Source: an uncultured Verrucomicrobiae bacterium (lineage in GTDB: Bacteria; Verrucomicrobiota; Verrucomicrobiia; Limisphaerales; UBA11358). Taken from it: a stretch of DNA of 64,000 nt. The notes beneath the pieces are model-generated. The model searched no databases, was not told the origin of the DNA, and worked only from the letters and a program-made list of their open reading frames with translations. The stretch lies in assembly GCA_963780535.1 (NCBI GenBank), contig CAWACS010000043.1:17613-81612 (forward strand). Reading direction: 5' to 3'. The translations under genes were made by a program, and so were the position numbers. This document shows positions 27,179-37,283 of the stretch, piece after piece (positions within the stretch are counted from its first letter, which is position 1; each line of letters opens with the position of its first letter).

Positions 27179-28944
27179 GGGATTCCGGATTTCCGCCGGC
27201 CTTCGAAATGTTCCTCGATTTCTTCCAGCGTTTTTCCCTTCGTCTCCGGCAGGAAGAAGGCGGCGGTGACCAAGTAGATCACCGTGCAGCCGGCGAACGC
27301 AAAAAACATCGTCGCGTAGCCGTATTTGCCGACGGCCGGCAGGAAAACCGCGGCGATGGCCGTGGAAACGGCCTGGTTGATGAGCAGCGCGATGCTCATG
27401 CCGTTGGAGCGGATGCGGGTCGGCATCAATTCCGACAGCGCCAGCCAGACGCACACGCCGGGGCCGACGGCGAAGAACGACATGAACATGAACAGGCAGA
27501 CGGCCGTCAGCCAGCCGTTTTGTTCGTCCGGCACGGGCGTGACGAGGGCATTTTCAATTTTCAACGGAGCCGCGCGCGCCGCGTCAAGATCGGCAAACGG
27601 ATTCGAGAAAAACGCCACAACCTTGTTGGGTGGAATGCCATTTTCACGGGTGATATCAATGGGTTTTGCAGCCCGGTCGTCGGAGCGGATGGCGGTGGTT
27701 GCTCCGTGAAAACCGCCGTAGGAATAAATGACCACCAATGAACCCGGCAAATCCCTGCCGGTTAAATGCGTCATCACGGTTTCATTGAAAGCGAGCGCAA
27801 GCGTTTGATTCGTCGCAACCATCGTTTGCACGGCGTCTTTCACATCCACGCGCAGGTTTTCGGCATGGTGAAAAAGAATCCCCGCGCAAAAAAGCGAGAT
27901 GATGATTCCGGCGCTGCCCAGCGAGAGCAGAAATTTTCTTCCCCGGCGGTCCACGAGCATGACTCCACCGATGGTCGCCAGGAAGTTAATCATTGTGAAA
28001 AGAACGTTGGCAAAATGAGCGTGCAGGTCGGAAAGGCCGGCCTGGATCAGAATCGTCGCATTGTAACCGATGATGGAATTGATGCCGGTGAGCTGGTTGC
28101 ACGCGAGGATGATGCAGGCCAGAAGAAATGGGATGACGTATTTGCGGTGCAGCAGTGATTCCCTGATTTTTTCGCCGGCCGGGGTTTTCGCCTTTTCGGC
28201 GGCCACCGTTTCGCTCATCTCGGCCAATTCAACTTCCGCCTGCTCATCCGTGCGCGAACATAAAAGCGCGGCGCGCGCAGCGTCGATTTTCCCGCGGCGA
28301 AACAGCCAGCGCGGCGATTCGGCAACCATGAAACTGCCGATGACAAACAAGATTCCCGGCGGAAAGGAAACCCAGAAAATGCCGCGCCAGGCGGTGTCCT
28401 TGAACGCAAAAAGTTTGTCAGCGTCGCCGAGTCTGGCGATTTCATCAACGCGGCGGCTGAAATACAGGCCGATGATTGTCGCCGCGAAAATGCCGAACGT
28501 CAGCAGCCACTGAAAAATCCCCGTGCCCCGGCCGCGGCGGGAGGCGTCCAGACATTCGGCGAGATAGAGCGGCACGACGACGCCAATCAATCCGGCGCTG
28601 ATGCCTTGCAGCAGGCGGCCCAAAACGAGCGGCCAGTAACCGTGCGCCAGCGCAATGGTCGGAATGCTGACGACAAACAGGACGCCGCCCAGTGTCATCA
28701 GTTTTTTCCGTCCCATCCCGTCGGCCAGCATGCCGGCGAACAAGGTTGAAATCACGCTGCCGAGCAAAACGGCGGCGACGATGAATGACAACTGCCCCGC
28801 GTTCAAACCGGACGTGGCCTCCAGGTAGGGCAACGCGCCGGCAATGATGCCGACGTCCACGCCATAGAGCAAACCTCCCAGCCCCGCGACCAGCAGAAGA
28901 AAGCGGTTGTAACCGGACTTCGTTGTGCCTGGGGCACCGCTCAT
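27175..28944 (-). CDS. MFS sugar-porter-family transporter with an extra loop domain of about 115 aa
   Basis: Sugar-porter motifs GMLADGMGRKK, PESPRWL, VDRRGRK and PETKGKTLEEIE. 589 aa, compared with about 470 aa typical. Confidence 0.85.
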   Translation of the reverse strand: MSGAPGTTKSGYNRFLLLVAGLGGLLYGVDVGIIAGALPYLEATSGLNAGQLSFIVAAVLLGSVISTLFAGMLADGMGRKKLMTLGGVLFVVSIPTIALAHGYWPLVLGRLLQGISAGLIGVVVPLYLAECLDASRRGRGTGIFQWLLTFGIFAATIIGLYFSRRVDEIARLGDADKLFAFKDTAWRGIFWVSFPPGILFVIGSFMVAESPRWLFRRGKIDAARAALLCSRTDEQAEVELAEMSETVAAEKAKTPAGEKIRESLLHRKYVIPFLLACIILACNQLTGINSIIGYNATILIQAGLSDLHAHFANVLFTMINFLATIGGVMLVDRRGRKFLLSLGSAGIIISLFCAGILFHHAENLRVDVKDAVQTMVATNQTLALAFNETVMTHLTGRDLPGSLVVIYSYGGFHGATTAIRSDDRAAKPIDITRENGIPPNKVVAFFSNPFADLDAARAAPLKIENALVTPVPDEQNGWLTAVCLFMFMSFFAVGPGVCVWLALSELMPTRIRSNGMSIALLINQAVSTAIAAVFLPAVGKYGYATMFFAFAGCTVIYLVTAAFFLPETKGKTLEEIEEHFEGRRKSGIP

Positions 28945-28950
28945 ATCGGG

Positions 28951-29754
28951 TTATTGCGCCGGTTGATGGGTGCGGAATGGTTTCCATTCCGGTTCATTCT
29001 CGTAAATCCACCGGTAATAATCCGTTGCCTTCAGACGGCCGGCCGCCGCCTCGTCCAGGACCACCACGCAACGCGGATGCCACTGCAACGCAGTTGCGGA
29101 AATCATGCCGGTCATCGGGCCTTCGACGGCTTGCGCGACAATTTCCGCCTTGTCCCCGCCGGTGGCCAGCAGCAGGCAGCGGCGACAATCGAGAATGGTG
29201 CCCACGCCCATCGTGATGGCGCGGCGCGGCATCCCATCGGGTCTGGAAAAAAGCGGCGCGTTTTGTGCGAGGGTCACTGGCGAAAGCGCCTTGACCCGGG
29301 TGCGCGAGCGGAAGGCGGACAGCGGCTCATTAAATCCCAGGTGCCCGGCCAGGCCAAGCCCGAGCAATTGCAAATCAATGCCGCCGGATTCACCGATGAG
29401 CCGTTCGTAATTTCCGCATTCGGCGTCCAGGTCGGCGGCCATGCCGTCCGGCAAATGCGTGTTGCGCAAATCGATGTTCACCTTTGAAAACAAGTGATGG
29501 TTCATGTAGTGCCGGTAGGAATGGGGATCGCCGCTGGACAGCCCCACGTATTCATCGAGATTGAATGTGCGGCACCGGGAGAAATTCAGCGCTTCCTCGC
29601 GGTGCATTTCCGCCAAACGGGCATAAACCGGTTCCACCGTGCAACCGGTCGCCAAGCCAAGAACCAGTGCCGGCCGGGCGCGTAATTCTGCGGCGATGAC
29701 ACAAGCCACCCAGTCAGCGGCGGCTTCCGGGCTGGGCTGAATGATGACTTCCAT
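28951..29754 (-). CDS. nagB: glucosamine-6-phosphate deaminase
   Basis: LVLGLATGCT and FNLDEYVGL motifs. 267 aa. First gene of a nagB-MFS-GH20 operon. Confidence 0.9.
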   Translation of the reverse strand: MEVIIQPSPEAAADWVACVIAAELRARPALVLGLATGCTVEPVYARLAEMHREEALNFSRCRTFNLDEYVGLSSGDPHSYRHYMNHHLFSKVNIDLRNTHLPDGMAADLDAECGNYERLIGESGGIDLQLLGLGLAGHLGFNEPLSAFRSRTRVKALSPVTLAQNAPLFSRPDGMPRRAITMGVGTILDCRRCLLLATGGDKAEIVAQAVEGPMTGMISATALQWHPRCVVVLDEAAAGRLKATDYYRWIYENEPEWKPFRTHQPAQ

Positions 29755-30034
29755 ATTCGTTTCGTTCGGAAACAGACGTTCGCAAAATTAATCCTTGCCC
29801 GCAACGGCGATTTCGTCACCCAGGCCAAAGGTTCCCACGTCTTTCCAAAAGGAAACTCAAGACCAACCTCCCGAAAATCAAACATCTGCTGCGGAACGAT
29901 GGAGGTGGCGAGTTTGAGATCGCAGGCAAAAACACAAAGGGGTTTCATTTATTCAAGCCTCCGCAGATATGCGGGTCATTTTTGTTTTGCTGAAAAAACT
30001 CGCCGGCGCTTTTTTTCCAATTCATTTTACCGGC

Positions 30035-31258
30035 GTGCATCTGGCCCATTTGCGACTCCGGGACTTCCGCAATTACGCGCGGTTGGACATGGATTTTGCG
30101 CCCGGCTTTCACCTGCTGCTGGGCGACAACGCGCAGGGCAAAACGAACATTCTCGAGGCCATTTACCTCATGGCCACGCTGCGGTCGTTCCGCGGCGTCG
30201 GCGGCGCCCAAATGATCCGGCACGGTGCGAAAGGCTATTTCGTCGGCGGCCACGTGGTGGGCGGAAACATTCCGGCCTCGCCGACATCTTCCTCTCTCTC
30301 CGCCAACAGAGTTGGGGGAGAGGTGGCGCCAAGTTCCCAAACTCAACCCCCCCCGCCCCAGCCCTCTCCCCGCTCGGGCGGGGAGAGGGAGTCAAAAATC
30401 CTGACCCGTCAAAACTCACGCGAAATCAAAATGTACTGGTCGGCCAGCGAACGCAAACTGGCACTCGATGGCCAGCCGGTGAAAAAACTGGGCGATTACC
30501 TCGGCGTGTTGCGGACGGTGGTGTTTTGCACCGAGGATTTGCAGCTGGTCAAGGGCGCCACGCGGGCGCGCCGGCGGTTTCTCGACCTGCTGCTCGCGCA
30601 GACGCAGCCCGGTTATCTTCCCCTGCTCCAGCGTTATATGCACGCCGTCCGCGCCCGCAACGCGCTGCTCAAGCAACGCGTCACGGACGAGGCCGCGCTC
30701 GACAGTTTTTCACAGGAACTCGTGAAGCTTGGCGACGAAATCATCCGCGCCCGCCGCGAACTGACGCCGAAATTCTCCCCGCTGGCGCGGCTGGCCTACC
30801 GGCGCATTTCCCATGACGCGGAGGAAATGCGCCTGGAATACCAGCCGAGCGTGAAAAAAGATTTCGCCGTGGAACTCGCGCAATCCCGCGTCCGGGAACG
30901 CACCCATCGTTCCACGCTCGTCGGCCCGCACCGCGACGATTTGCAACTGCTGCTCAATGAAAAATCCGCCGCGCAATTCGGAAGCGAAGGCCAGAAACGG
31001 ACGTTGGCCATCGCCCTCAAAATGGCGCAGGCGGAATTTCTCGCCGGCCTCCAGGGTTCGCCGCCGATCCTGTTGATTGACGACGTGATGGGCGAACTGG
31101 ACGTGAACCGGCGCAGCGGTTTTCTGCCGTTGCTCGAATCGGCGCGCAAGGCCAGCGGCCAGGTCTTCATGACCGCCACCGGGGAAAACTGGCCGAGTGA
31201 ACTTGGCAAGGACCTGCAGCGGTGGGAGGTGCAGACCGGAACGCTTAAGAAACTTTAA
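30035..31258 (+). CDS. recF: DNA replication and repair protein RecF (with a repeat-derived insert of about 52 aa)
   Basis: GTG start gives VHLAHLRLRDFRNY. Walker A GDNAQGKTNILEAI. Signature region and Walker B LLIDDVMGELD. Confidence 0.8.
   Translation: MHLAHLRLRDFRNYARLDMDFAPGFHLLLGDNAQGKTNILEAIYLMATLRSFRGVGGAQMIRHGAKGYFVGGHVVGGNIPASPTSSSLSANRVGGEVAPSSQTQPPPPQPSPRSGGERESKILTRQNSREIKMYWSASERKLALDGQPVKKLGDYLGVLRTVVFCTEDLQLVKGATRARRRFLDLLLAQTQPGYLPLLQRYMHAVRARNALLKQRVTDEAALDSFSQELVKLGDEIIRARRELTPKFSPLARLAYRRISHDAEEMRLEYQPSVKKDFAVELAQSRVRERTHRSTLVGPHRDDLQLLLNEKSAAQFGSEGQKRTLAIALKMAQAEFLAGLQGSPPILLIDDVMGELDVNRRSGFLPLLESARKASGQVFMTATGENWPSELGKDLQRWEVQTGTLKKL
30291..30389. repeat. two CTCTCC/GGAGAG palindromic elements inside recF
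   Basis: CCTCTCTCTCCgccaacagagttgGGGGAGAGG (30291-30323) and CCCTCTCCCCgctcgggCGGGGAGAGGG (30362-30389). Confidence 0.8.
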
Positions 31259-31326
31259 CCGCCAAGGCACCGAGGGCGCCAAGATTTTTTCTTTGTGTTC
31301 TTTGCGCTCTTTGCGGTTAATGTCTT

Positions 31327-32292
31327 ATGCGAATTTTGTCAGGCATCCAGCCCAGTGGCGCGCTGCATCTTGGAAACTACTTTGGGATGATGCGACCCGC
31401 CCTCGAATTGCAGGAAAAGGGCGAGGCATTCTATTTCATCGCAGACTATCATTCGATGACCTCCCTGTTCGACCCGGCCCAACGCCGCCGGAACACCCTG
31501 GACGTGGCGCTCGACTTCCTGGCCTGCGGGTTGGACCCGAAACGGACCGTTTTCTTCCGCCAATCCGACGTGCCGGAAGTGACCGAATTGACCTGGATTC
31601 TTTCCACGATGACGCCCATGGGATTGCTCGAACGCGCCCACAGCTACAAGGACAAAACCGCCAAGGGTATCGCCGCCAGCCTCGGCCTGTTTGCCTATCC
31701 GGTGCTCATGGCGGCGGACATTTTGATTTACGACTCCAACCTCGTGCCGGTGGGGCGCGACCAGAAGCAGCACGTCGAAATGACGCGCGACATCGCCATC
31801 AAATTCAACGAGCAGTACGGCCAGACGTTCGTGATCCCCGAACCGCAAATCCGCGACGAGGTGGCCGTGGTGCCCGGCACCGACGGCCAGAAGATGAGCA
31901 AGAGCTACGGCAACACCATTGAAATTTTTGGCGATGAAAAAGCCACGCGCAAAAAAATCATGGGCATTGTCATGGACTCGCGCACACCCGCGGAGCCAAA
32001 GCCCGACGCGGACAAAAACCTGGCCGTCCAATTGCTCAAGCTGGTGGCGCCGGCGGCGGTGGCGAAGGATTTTGAAGGCCGCCTGCGGGCTGGCGGACTC
32101 GGCTATGGCGACTTGAAGAAGGCATTATACGAGCATTATTGGAATTACTTTGCCGACGCGCGGCAGCGGCGCGCGGAGCTCGTCACGAACCTGGATTATG
32201 TGAACCAGATTCTGGCCGGCGGCGCGCAAAAAGCGCGGGCGCAGGCGCAAAAAGTCCTGCAGCGGGCCAAAGTCGCCAGCGGGCTGGCTTGA
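31327..32292 (+). CDS. trpS: tryptophan--tRNA ligase
   Basis: MRILSGIQPSGALHLGNYFG (HIGH-type motif) and KMSKS motif. Confidence 0.9.
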   Translation: MRILSGIQPSGALHLGNYFGMMRPALELQEKGEAFYFIADYHSMTSLFDPAQRRRNTLDVALDFLACGLDPKRTVFFRQSDVPEVTELTWILSTMTPMGLLERAHSYKDKTAKGIAASLGLFAYPVLMAADILIYDSNLVPVGRDQKQHVEMTRDIAIKFNEQYGQTFVIPEPQIRDEVAVVPGTDGQKMSKSYGNTIEIFGDEKATRKKIMGIVMDSRTPAEPKPDADKNLAVQLLKLVAPAAVAKDFEGRLRAGGLGYGDLKKALYEHYWNYFADARQRRAELVTNLDYVNQILAGGAQKARAQAQKVLQRAKVASGLA

Positions 32293-32546
32293 AGGGTTTT
32301 CTGGCACATGACTTGCAGTATTGCCCGCATGGCCAAGAAAACCGGTTTGTTGAAAATCTCCCCGCAAACTCGCGCCGCCGGCGGAGCTGCAAATCAGCAG
32401 CGCCCGTCGCAACCGGCTGCCTTGTGCCTGATGCAACTCCGCTCGCATGTCATGCGAATCACCATGTCAAAACGCCGGTTGCAAATTGCCATTGAAGATC
32501 AGACCGAAGGCGACCTGCCCCAGCCGGTTAAAATCAACCACGCTGG

Positions 32547-33218
32547 CTAAAATTTAGGCACGTCTTCGTGCGCCGGGCCGGCCGGACTTTGGTCAACAAA
32601 CTCAACCGTCCCAAATCCCGCCTGATGCAGGAACAAGGCCAGTTCCAGTCGCGCCCGTTCGCCGGCATCGTTCAAAATCCCATCCGTTCGAGCCGCCCGG
32701 CTGATATCATCCACGGCGTTCTGGCGGGCGGTTTGCTCGAGGTCCTTGTCGAACGTGCGTAAAAAGCCCCGCTGCCAGTCAATCACCTGCGTTTGCCTTT
32801 CATCCAGATAGGCGTCGGTGATTTGCGGTGGCGGCAGGCGCAGGGTGATCTTCCGGCCGGAAATCAGCACGTCCTCCGGTTTGAGGCGTTTCAGGTCAAT
32901 GCCCGCCTTGACGATGCCGTGCGCCAGCAGCAACACGCGGTTGTTGCCTTCCACAAACTGTCCCAGTGCGCTCGTCGGCGGCGAATCGAGAATGACCACT
33001 TTCTCCAGGACGTACTTGACCGTGACCAAATCCGACAGCGTCTGGACCTGTTCCACGACGGTGGCGGTGTTTTCCTCGTGCGCGCCGGAACCCGGCGCCA
33101 GCAGGCGGGTCAGCTTGATGCCGAACACGCCGCCGGCGATGAAAATGACGGCCACCACCAGGACCCACAAAATCTGTTGCAACCGCCGCATGCCAAAAAT
33201 CCATGACACGAATTCCAC
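32547..33218 (-). CDS. DUF4230-like membrane-anchored protein
   Basis: N-terminal TM, then ...VTVKYVLEKVV...GIVKAGIDL...ITLRLPPPQI, a pattern typical of DUF4230. Confidence 0.65.
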   Translation of the reverse strand: MEFVSWIFGMRRLQQILWVLVVAVIFIAGGVFGIKLTRLLAPGSGAHEENTATVVEQVQTLSDLVTVKYVLEKVVILDSPPTSALGQFVEGNNRVLLLAHGIVKAGIDLKRLKPEDVLISGRKITLRLPPPQITDAYLDERQTQVIDWQRGFLRTFDKDLEQTARQNAVDDISRAARTDGILNDAGERARLELALFLHQAGFGTVEFVDQSPAGPAHEDVPKF

Positions 33219-33314
33219 GAATTGTCACGAAGGGAATTGGTTCAATTTGCTGTAGAAGTTGACAGCTTCACCAGCGGTGGATATCTCCACTTTCCGCTTG
33301 GAAACTCTTTCATG

Positions 33315-33375
33315 GTGGCAGCCGACGTCAGTCGGCTCATTTCTCAAGATGGAGCGGACCAACGTCCACTGCCAC
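33315..33375. repeat. GCAGCCGACGT-type palindromic element (intergenic copy)
   Basis: GTGGCAGCCGACGTCAGTCGGCTC-loop-GAGCGGACCAACGTCCACTGCCAC. A related copy lies inside copA at 50292. Confidence 0.75.
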
Positions 33376-33422
33376 GTAAACTTTGCGCTTTGCACAGCGC
33401 GCACAAAATCTAAACTGTCCCC

Positions 33423-34409
33423 ATGACTTTGCCCGGATTTCCCGTGTATCGCCCGCGCCGGTTGCGGCAATCGCCGGCGCTGCGCCGGCTGGTCGCCGAA
33501 ACCCGATTGAGCGTCGAGCAGTTGGTCCTGCCGCTGTTCGCGCGCTCCGGTAAAAAATTGCGCCGCCCCATCGAGGCCATGCCCGGCGTGTTCCAGTTTT
33601 CACCCGATGAACTGGTCCGTGAAGCGGCGCGCGCCCATGCGCTCGGCGTGCCGGCGGTCTTGCTTTTCGGCATCCCCGACCAAAAGGACGGCAAGGCCTC
33701 GGGCGCTTATGCTAAAAACGGCATCGTGCAGCAAACCGTCCGGCTGCTGAAACAGGAACTGCCGTCATTGCTGGTCATCACCGACGTTTGCCTGTGCGAA
33801 TACATGGCGCACGGTCACTGCGGCATCGTATCGGGCGGGAAAATCCTGAACGACCCATCGTTGAAACTGCTCGCGCGCACCGCCGCCAGCCATGCCGAAG
33901 CCGGGGCGGACATGGTCGCACCGAGCGACATGATGGACGGCCGCGTGCGCGCCATCCGCGCCGAGCTGGAACGGGACGGTTTCACCGACACGCCGATCAT
34001 GTCCTACGCGGCCAAATTCGCGTCGGCGTTTTACGGACCGTTCCGGGAAGCCGCCGAGTCCGCGCCGAAATTCGGCGACCGGCGCAATTACCAGATGGAC
34101 GCGGCCAATGCGAACGAGGCGTTGCGCGAGGTGGCGCTGGACATTCAGGAAGGCGCGGACATTGTGATGGTCAAGCCGGCACTGGCGTATCTGGATTTGA
34201 TTCATCGCGTGAAGACCGGATTCGGTTATCCCACCGCCGCCTATTCCGTAAGCGCCGAACACGCGATGATCAAGGCGGCCGGCGCCCGGGGCTGGATTGA
34301 TGAACGCGCGGTGACGTTGGAAAGCCTGCTGGCCATGCGGCGCGCGGGCGCGGACATTCTCATCACCTACGCCGCGGCGGACGTGGCTGGGTGGTTAAAA
34401 GCCGGCTGA
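33423..34409 (+). CDS. hemB: porphobilinogen synthase (delta-aminolevulinate dehydratase)
   Basis: RPRRLR N-terminus, metal site DVCLCEYMAHGHCG, active-site lysine region VMVKPALAYLD. Confidence 0.9.
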   Translation: MTLPGFPVYRPRRLRQSPALRRLVAETRLSVEQLVLPLFARSGKKLRRPIEAMPGVFQFSPDELVREAARAHALGVPAVLLFGIPDQKDGKASGAYAKNGIVQQTVRLLKQELPSLLVITDVCLCEYMAHGHCGIVSGGKILNDPSLKLLARTAASHAEAGADMVAPSDMMDGRVRAIRAELERDGFTDTPIMSYAAKFASAFYGPFREAAESAPKFGDRRNYQMDAANANEALREVALDIQEGADIVMVKPALAYLDLIHRVKTGFGYPTAAYSVSAEHAMIKAAGARGWIDERAVTLESLLAMRRAGADILITYAAADVAGWLKAG

Positions 34410-34568
34410 AGGCGAATTCCGCTTGCCGGCGAAATGATGGTAGGTCAGGCATCCTGCCTGCGGATTCACGAAGCCTCCGGTTTTGTGTGCCAGAGCGGGA
34501 AACCTGCGTTAGCCGGGCTGGAAAGCGGGATGCGCGCGGCAGCAGGGTCGTTTGTTTTGTGAGCGTGA

Positions 34569-34633
34569 GTTGCTGGAGTTCATGCTTTGGCATGTTTTCG
34601 GCCCGAAACAGCCTGAAGGCTGAACTCCAACAG
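34569..34633. repeat. TGGAGTTCA...TGAACTCCA palindromic element (intergenic)
   Basis: GTTGCTGGAGTTCA-loop-TGAACTCCAACAG. A related copy lies at 41618. Confidence 0.7.
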
Positions 34634-34740
34634 GGTTCCCCGACAAAACAAAAGACCCTGCAGGCACCAGCCGACCTGCACCCTTTTGCGTTGACCGGGA
34701 TTGGCCGGGCCGGTTACGCTGGATTTTCCTTTTTTGACCT

Positions 34741-36426
34741 ATGATCGGAACGATTCGCAAGCATTCAAAATGGCTGTGGTGGTTCATTGCCGGCCTTACC
34801 ATCATTTCCTTTATCTACTGGGGCGCCGCCCCGGCAACGCGCAACAGTGGCGGCGCGCGAGGCGGGGCGGGCGACCTGGGTTCCATTGCCGGCCGAAAAG
34901 TCACCCCGGAAGCTTATGCCAGCGCCATGAACGACGTGGCCCTCTTTCATTGGTTTCGCTTTCATCAATGGCCGGATCGGGATCCCAATTATTCCGCCGC
35001 CGACTGGCAGCGTGAGGCTTACGTGCGCCTGATGCTCATCCAAAAGGGGCAGGATTTGGGCATTAACATCGGCGACGACGCGGTGGTCGCGGCCGCGAAC
35101 GAGATTCTAAGCACGCCGGGCCTGGCGCAGGCATTGGGGGTGGACGGCCAGACGGTGCCGATGGATGCTTTTGTCAGGGGGATTCTGCAACCGAAAGGGC
35201 TGACGGCCGCGGATTTTGAATCGTTTGTCCGGCATGACCTGATCGTGGATCAATTACGCGAGGCCATGGGGCTGGCCGGTGAACTCATCACCCCCCAGGA
35301 AGCCGCCGCCGTTTATCAACGCCAAAATCAGGAGCTCTCGGCCCGAATCGTTTTCTTTTCCGCGTCAAATTATCTGGCCGCCGTGCCGGTAACCCCTGCC
35401 GCCGTCGGCCGGTTTTACACGAATTATCTCGCGCAATACCGCCTGCCTGACCGCGTGCAGGTCAGTTATGTCGCGTTTACGGTGAGCAATTTCATGGCCG
35501 GAGCGGAACAGGAATTATCCCACACCAATCTCAACGACCAGGTGGAGGCCATCTACCGCCGGTACGGCACCAACGCCGTGCCGGAGGCGAAAACGCCCGA
35601 GGAAGCGATGGCGAAAATTCGCGACCTGCTGATCCAGCAACAGGCGCTCACCGATGCACGTCAGCAGGCCGATGACTTTGCCAGCGCGGTTTTCAACCTG
35701 GATCCGCCGCAGCCGGAAAACCTTGCGACGGTCGCCAAACAAAAAGGGCTGGCCGTGCACCTGACGGCGCCGTTCAGCCAGGAATCTGGTCCGGAGGAAT
35801 TTGCCGCCCCGGAGGCTTTCACGAAGGCGGCGTTTGGCCTGACGCCGGACGATCCACTGGCCGGGCCCATCATCAGCCGCGAGGCCATCTATGTCATCGC
35901 GCTCGCCAAACAATTGCCCACCGAAATTCCCCCGCTCAGCCGGATCACGGAGCGGGTTACCCGGGACTACCAGCTCCATGAAGCCATGTTGCGGGCACAA
36001 CAGGTTGGAACCAATTTCGTTCTGAAACTCCAAACCGGCCTGGCGCTGGGAAGCAGTTTTTCGTCCATTTGCGCCGCCGCCGGACGGCACGCCGAAACCC
36101 TGTCGCCGTTTTCCCTGAGCACCAGCAGTCTGCCGGAATTGGGCGCCCGCGCCACGATGGAACAGGTCAAGTCGGCCGCGTTTGCCACGCCCATCGGCCA
36201 GGCAAGTGATTTTCAGGCAACGGATGACGGCGGCTTTGTGGTCTTCGTCAACGCGCAATTGCCCATTGATACCACGGCCATGAACGCCAATCTGCCGCAA
36301 TATGCCGCCGCCATCCGCCAGCAGCGTCAGCTCGCCGCATTTTACAACTGGCTGGGGCACACCGCCGCCCGGGACCTGCAGGACACCCCCATCGGGTCGG
36401 GGCAGGCGGCGGACAAAGCGCCATAA
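34741..36426 (+). CDS. PpiD/SurA-N-like periplasmic chaperone (peptidyl-prolyl isomerase D-like)
   Basis: N-terminus MIGTIRKHSKWLWWFIAGLTIISFIYWG is typical of PpiD. 561 aa. Confidence 0.7.
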   Translation: MIGTIRKHSKWLWWFIAGLTIISFIYWGAAPATRNSGGARGGAGDLGSIAGRKVTPEAYASAMNDVALFHWFRFHQWPDRDPNYSAADWQREAYVRLMLIQKGQDLGINIGDDAVVAAANEILSTPGLAQALGVDGQTVPMDAFVRGILQPKGLTAADFESFVRHDLIVDQLREAMGLAGELITPQEAAAVYQRQNQELSARIVFFSASNYLAAVPVTPAAVGRFYTNYLAQYRLPDRVQVSYVAFTVSNFMAGAEQELSHTNLNDQVEAIYRRYGTNAVPEAKTPEEAMAKIRDLLIQQQALTDARQQADDFASAVFNLDPPQPENLATVAKQKGLAVHLTAPFSQESGPEEFAAPEAFTKAAFGLTPDDPLAGPIISREAIYVIALAKQLPTEIPPLSRITERVTRDYQLHEAMLRAQQVGTNFVLKLQTGLALGSSFSSICAAAGRHAETLSPFSLSTSSLPELGARATMEQVKSAAFATPIGQASDFQATDDGGFVVFVNAQLPIDTTAMNANLPQYAAAIRQQRQLAAFYNWLGHTAARDLQDTPIGSGQAADKAP

Positions 36427-36479
36427 TCCCGGGACGGACGCGCCCGCGGCCGCAGTGGCGCCGTAAAATCACCACGCGA

Positions 36480-37283
36480 TTGAAAGCCGAGACCACCATC
36501 AAACTGTCCGCGCCGGCCACGCGTGAATTCTGGGAAATTCCGGTCCTGTTCGAGGACGCTTATCTGCTGGCCCTGGACAAACCCCCGGGGTTGCTGGCCT
36601 CGCCGGACCGCGACGATCCGCAGCGGCCCAATCTGATGCAGTTGCTTCACGCCGCCATCACCGCCGGCAAGCCGTGGGCGCGCGAACGCGGGCTGGATTA
36701 CCTGATGACCGCCCACCGGCTCGATTTTGAGACCGGGGGCGTGATGCTGCTCGCCAAAAACAAACCGACGCTGGTCGCGCTGGCCAATTTGTTTGGCTCC
36801 GAAAAGCCGCTCAAAAAATATGCGGCGCTGGTTCAGGGTTCACCCCGGGAGGATCCATTTGAAATTGACGCCAAACTCGCGCCGCACCCCATGAAAATCG
36901 GCTTGATGCGCGTGGACGCCCAAAACGGCAAGAAATCCAGGACCCGGTTTGCAGCGCTGGAGCGCTTTTCCGGTTACACGCTGTTGCAATGCGAGCCGTT
37001 CACCGATCGCACGCATCAAATCCGCGCCCACCTGCGTCACGCCGGCTTGCCGATGGTTGGCGACGACCTTTATGGCGGCAAAAAGCTCTGGCTGTCGCGG
37101 CTCAAGCCGGATTACCGGCTCAAACCCGGACGCGAAGAACGTCCCTTGATTTCACGCGCCGCGCTGCACGCGGCAGAATTGTCGTTGCCGCATCCCGTCA
37201 CCGGCCAGACCGTGACCATCACCGCACCCTGGCCCAAGGACCTCCAGGTGGCGTTGAAGTACCTGCGCCAATATGCCTTGTAG
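36480..37283 (+). CDS. RluA-family pseudouridine synthase
   Basis: FEDAYLLALDKPPGLL, HRLDFETGGVMLLAK (catalytic Asp) and TDRTHQIRAHL. Confidence 0.8.
   Translation: MKAETTIKLSAPATREFWEIPVLFEDAYLLALDKPPGLLASPDRDDPQRPNLMQLLHAAITAGKPWARERGLDYLMTAHRLDFETGGVMLLAKNKPTLVALANLFGSEKPLKKYAALVQGSPREDPFEIDAKLAPHPMKIGLMRVDAQNGKKSRTRFAALERFSGYTLLQCEPFTDRTHQIRAHLRHAGLPMVGDDLYGGKKLWLSRLKPDYRLKPGREERPLISRAALHAAELSLPHPVTGQTVTITAPWPKDLQVALKYLRQYAL

Noticed and set aside
27179-27454. N-terminal extension of the GH20 ORF (track start 27454).
   Set aside because: It overlaps the MFS transporter gene. A signal peptide begins at ATG 27178, which overlaps the transporter stop (ATGA).
29755-29948. Minus-strand ORF 29586..29948, considered as a leader or small gene upstream of nagB.
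   Set aside because: It runs 170 nt into nagB in a different frame. NagB is complete from ATG 29754. No motif was found.
32308-32550. 80-aa plus-strand ORF between trpS and the DUF4230 gene.
   Set aside because: No motif, odd composition, and it overlaps the convergent gene's stop. It is probably non-coding.
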